Position numbers and translations under genes: made by a program. A stretch of 794 nucleotides of DNA from Escherichia coli. GTDB lineage: Bacteria > Pseudomonadota > Gammaproteobacteria > Enterobacterales > Enterobacteriaceae. Positions 1 to 794 of the stretch are shown here, piece by piece. The notes under the pieces are model-generated. The model had not been told where the DNA came from. It searched no databases and worked only from the letters and a program-made list of their open reading frames with translations. Positions within the stretch are counted from its first letter, which is position 1. Each line of letters begins with the position of its first letter. The stretch is taken from NCBI RefSeq assembly GCF_003334765.1, contig NZ_QOWT01000098.1. One strand, given 5' to 3'.

Positions 1-79
1 ATGACTCATGATGAACCCTGTTCCATGGCTCCAGATGACAAACATGATCTCATATCAGGGACTTGTTCGCACCTTCCCT

Positions 80-118
80 AAAATAAACATTGCTTCATAT
101 GTTCAACTATGCGTTAAT
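80..118 (+). promoter_or_regulatory. Predicted sigma70 promoter of the csp gene: A-rich UP-like element (80..89, AAAATAAACA), -35 TTGCTT (90..95), 17-bp spacer, -10 GTTAAT (113..118); predicted TSS about 125..127
   Basis: Hexamers read directly from the sequence with canonical 17-bp spacing. The layout (AT-rich UP tract abutting a TTGCxT -35 and a cTTAAT-like -10) resembles the cspA promoter as I remember it. The predicted TSS sits immediately upstream of the cold-box-like element. Not experimentally mapped. Confidence 0.45.
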
Positions 119-126
119 GATTGCGT

Positions 127-143
127 CGGTTTGAAGAACAGAC
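127..143 (+). promoter_or_regulatory. Cold-box-like element at the 5' end of the leader (CGGTTTGAAGAACAGAC)
   Basis: Sequence CGGTTTGAAGAACAGAC closely resembles the cspA leader start (recalled as CGGTTTGACGTACAGAC), differing only in a central trinucleotide. In cspA this region is implicated in transcription attenuation and autoregulation. Comparison is from memory, not alignment. Confidence 0.5.
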
Positions 144-256
144 GATATACGAAGTAGTTTACTAAAGCAGTTCTCATTTCAGGTGTTATTCACTTATTCC
201 TTCTTTGAGTCTCTCCAATTAAGTACGAAGTCGTTTCTGTTATGCAAACCATTTAT

Positions 257-269
257 GCCGAAAGGCTCA
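257..269 (+). promoter_or_regulatory. Upstream box GCCGAAAGGCTCA, conserved cspA-family leader element; can form a GCC/GGC stem with a GAAA (GNRA) tetraloop
   Basis: Exact GCCGAAAGGC at 257..266, followed by TCA. The cspA, cspB, cspG and cspI leaders share a 13-nt upstream box (GCCGAAAGGCACA in cspA) just 5' of the SD that enhances translation. The short self-complementarity is visible directly. Confidence 0.6.
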
Positions 270-273
270 AGTT

Positions 274-278
274 AAGGA
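274..278 (+). promoter_or_regulatory. Shine-Dalgarno / RBS for the csp CDS (AAGGA), 7-nt spacer to ATG 286
   Basis: AAGGA at 274..278 within TAAGGAAT, optimally spaced to the start codon. Confidence 0.8.
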
Positions 279-285
279 ATGTAGA

Positions 286-501
286 ATGTCAAATAAAATG
301 ACTGGTTTAGTAAAATGGTTTAACGCTGATAAAGGTTTCGGCTTTATTTCTCCTGTTGATGGTAGTAAAGATGTGTTTGTGCATTTTTCTGCGATTCAGA
401 ATGATAATTATCGAACCTTATTTGAAGGTCAAAAGGTTACCTTCTCTATAGAGAGTGGTGCTAAAGGTCCTGCAGCAGCAAATGTCATCATTACTGATTA
501 A
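286..501 (+). CDS. cspB: Cold-shock protein, CspA family (CspB-like), 71 aa, complete ORF with stop TAA at 499..501
   Basis: ORF-track translation [71 protein letters not shown] has the cold-shock domain hallmarks: RNP1-like KGFGFI and RNP2-like VFVHF motifs, and the MSxKMTG(I/L)VKWFN N-terminus. The 71-aa length and the N-terminal MSNKMTGL match E. coli CspB as I recall it, not the 70-aa CspA, CspG or CspI. Start ATG 286 is preceded by SD AAGGA (274..278) with a 7-nt spacer. Paralog identity was not verified by search. Confidence 0.9.
   Translation: MSNKMTGLVKWFNADKGFGFISPVDGSKDVFVHFSAIQNDNYRTLFEGQKVTFSIESGAKGPAAANVIITD
298..312 (+). promoter_or_regulatory. Downstream-box-like motif ATGACTGGTTTAGTA within codons 5-9 of the csp CDS
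   Basis: Matches the cspA downstream box (recalled as ATGACTGGTATCGTA) at 12 of 15 positions. The element is reported to enhance translation at low temperature, but the proposed base-pairing with 16S rRNA is disputed. It may simply reflect conserved codons for KMTGLV. Confidence 0.35.
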
Positions 502-612
502 AATTCATCGCTCGTCTGTATACGATAACGAAGAAGGCTGATGCCTGAGTAGAGATACGGACAGAGTAGTGAATATTGGATCTCTTTAATAAAAAGTAAG
601 GAGGTCCAATAC

Positions 613-648
613 ATGAAACAATGGCTAGCATATTTGGCAAAATCTTAA
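613..648 (+). CDS. Hypothetical 11-codon small ORF (MKQWLAYLAKS) preceded by a perfect 9-nt Shine-Dalgarno TAAGGAGGT (597..605) with a 7-nt spacer
   Basis: SD TAAGGAGGT is a full complement of the 16S rRNA 3' end and is ideally spaced to ATG 613; the ORF ends at TAA 646..648. No homology is recognised. The call rests only on the exceptional RBS, so it could be a leader peptide, a small protein, or coincidence. Confidence 0.2.
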   Translation: MKQWLAYLAKS

Positions 649-794
649 TCAGGAAAAGTATGCTAACCATTGTGGTGAAGTGCAGGTTTGCTGCATGAAT
701 AGTTTTACAGCAGAAGCTAAGGAAGGTGCGAATAAGCGGGGAAATACTTCTCGGCTGACTCAGTCATTTCATTTCTTCATGTTTGAGCCGATTT

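Larger units (their letters stand above)
126..285 (+). promoter_or_regulatory. Long (~160 nt) 5' untranslated leader of the cold-shock mRNA (cspA-type leader, candidate RNA thermosensor)
   Basis: Distance from predicted TSS to ATG 286 is about 160 nt, matching the unusually long leaders of cspA-family cold-inducible genes. It contains the cold-box-like and upstream-box elements listed separately, plus an ACTAAAGCAG (161..170) resembling the TTAAAGCAG of the cspA leader. Function as a thermosensor is inferred from the cspA paradigm, not from this sequence. Confidence 0.55.

Noticed and set aside
298-300. In-frame internal ATG (codon 5, Met in MSNKMTG) as an alternative start for the csp gene
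   Set aside because: The SD at 274..278 is spaced for ATG 286, and the MSxKM N-terminus is conserved across CspA-family proteins. The internal ATG is the conserved Met5.
517-522. GTATAC 6-bp palindrome and the CCATGG palindrome at 24..29
   Set aside because: Restriction-site-sized palindromes are expected by chance in 800 bp; there is no extended symmetry.
536-545. GGC-TGAT-GCC mini-hairpin downstream of the csp stop codon as a terminator
   Set aside because: A 3-bp stem with no following T-run; too weak to call.
681-695. Inverted repeat TGCAG-GTTTG-CTGCA as a possible rho-independent terminator
   Set aside because: The stem is only 5 bp and AT/GC-mixed, and it is not followed by a U-tract (next bases TGAATAG). 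It does not meet intrinsic terminator criteria.
660-698. 12-codon ORF (MLTIVVKCRFAA) preceded by AGGAAA
   Set aside because: The SD-like sequence is only 3 nt from the ATG (poor spacing), and there is no other support. Likely spurious.
1-794. Signatures of a novel defence or mobile system (CRISPR repeats, transposon terminal inverted repeats, integrase att sites, toxin-antitoxin pair)
   Set aside because: No regularly spaced repeats, no terminal inverted repeats, and only one substantial ORF, which is a well-known cold-shock protein. The window is too small, and nothing in it supports such a call.

Overview
This window is a cold-shock gene locus. One complete CDS (286..501, + strand) encodes a 71-aa CspA-family cold-shock protein that I recognise as Escherichia coli-type CspB; the paralog assignment is from memory and needs a database check. 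Upstream of it (about 80..285) the sequence shows the architecture known from cspA-type genes: an A-rich UP-like tract, a plausible sigma70 promoter, a long (~160 nt) 5' leader with a cold-box-like element, the conserved GCCGAAAGGC upstream box, a well-spaced Shine-Dalgarno, and a downstream-box-like motif in codons 5-9. The window is AT-rich (about 38% GC by hand count), consistent with a horizontally acquired or prophage context. The 3' third (502..794) has no confident gene. Its most notable feature is a perfect 9-nt Shine-Dalgarno (TAAGGAGGT) placed 7 nt before an ATG that opens only an 11-codon ORF. An open-ended ORF also runs off the 3' edge. I see no CRISPR array, tRNA/rRNA, transposon ends, or multi-gene system, and nothing here supports a novel biological system. 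The findings are modest, sequence-level observations.
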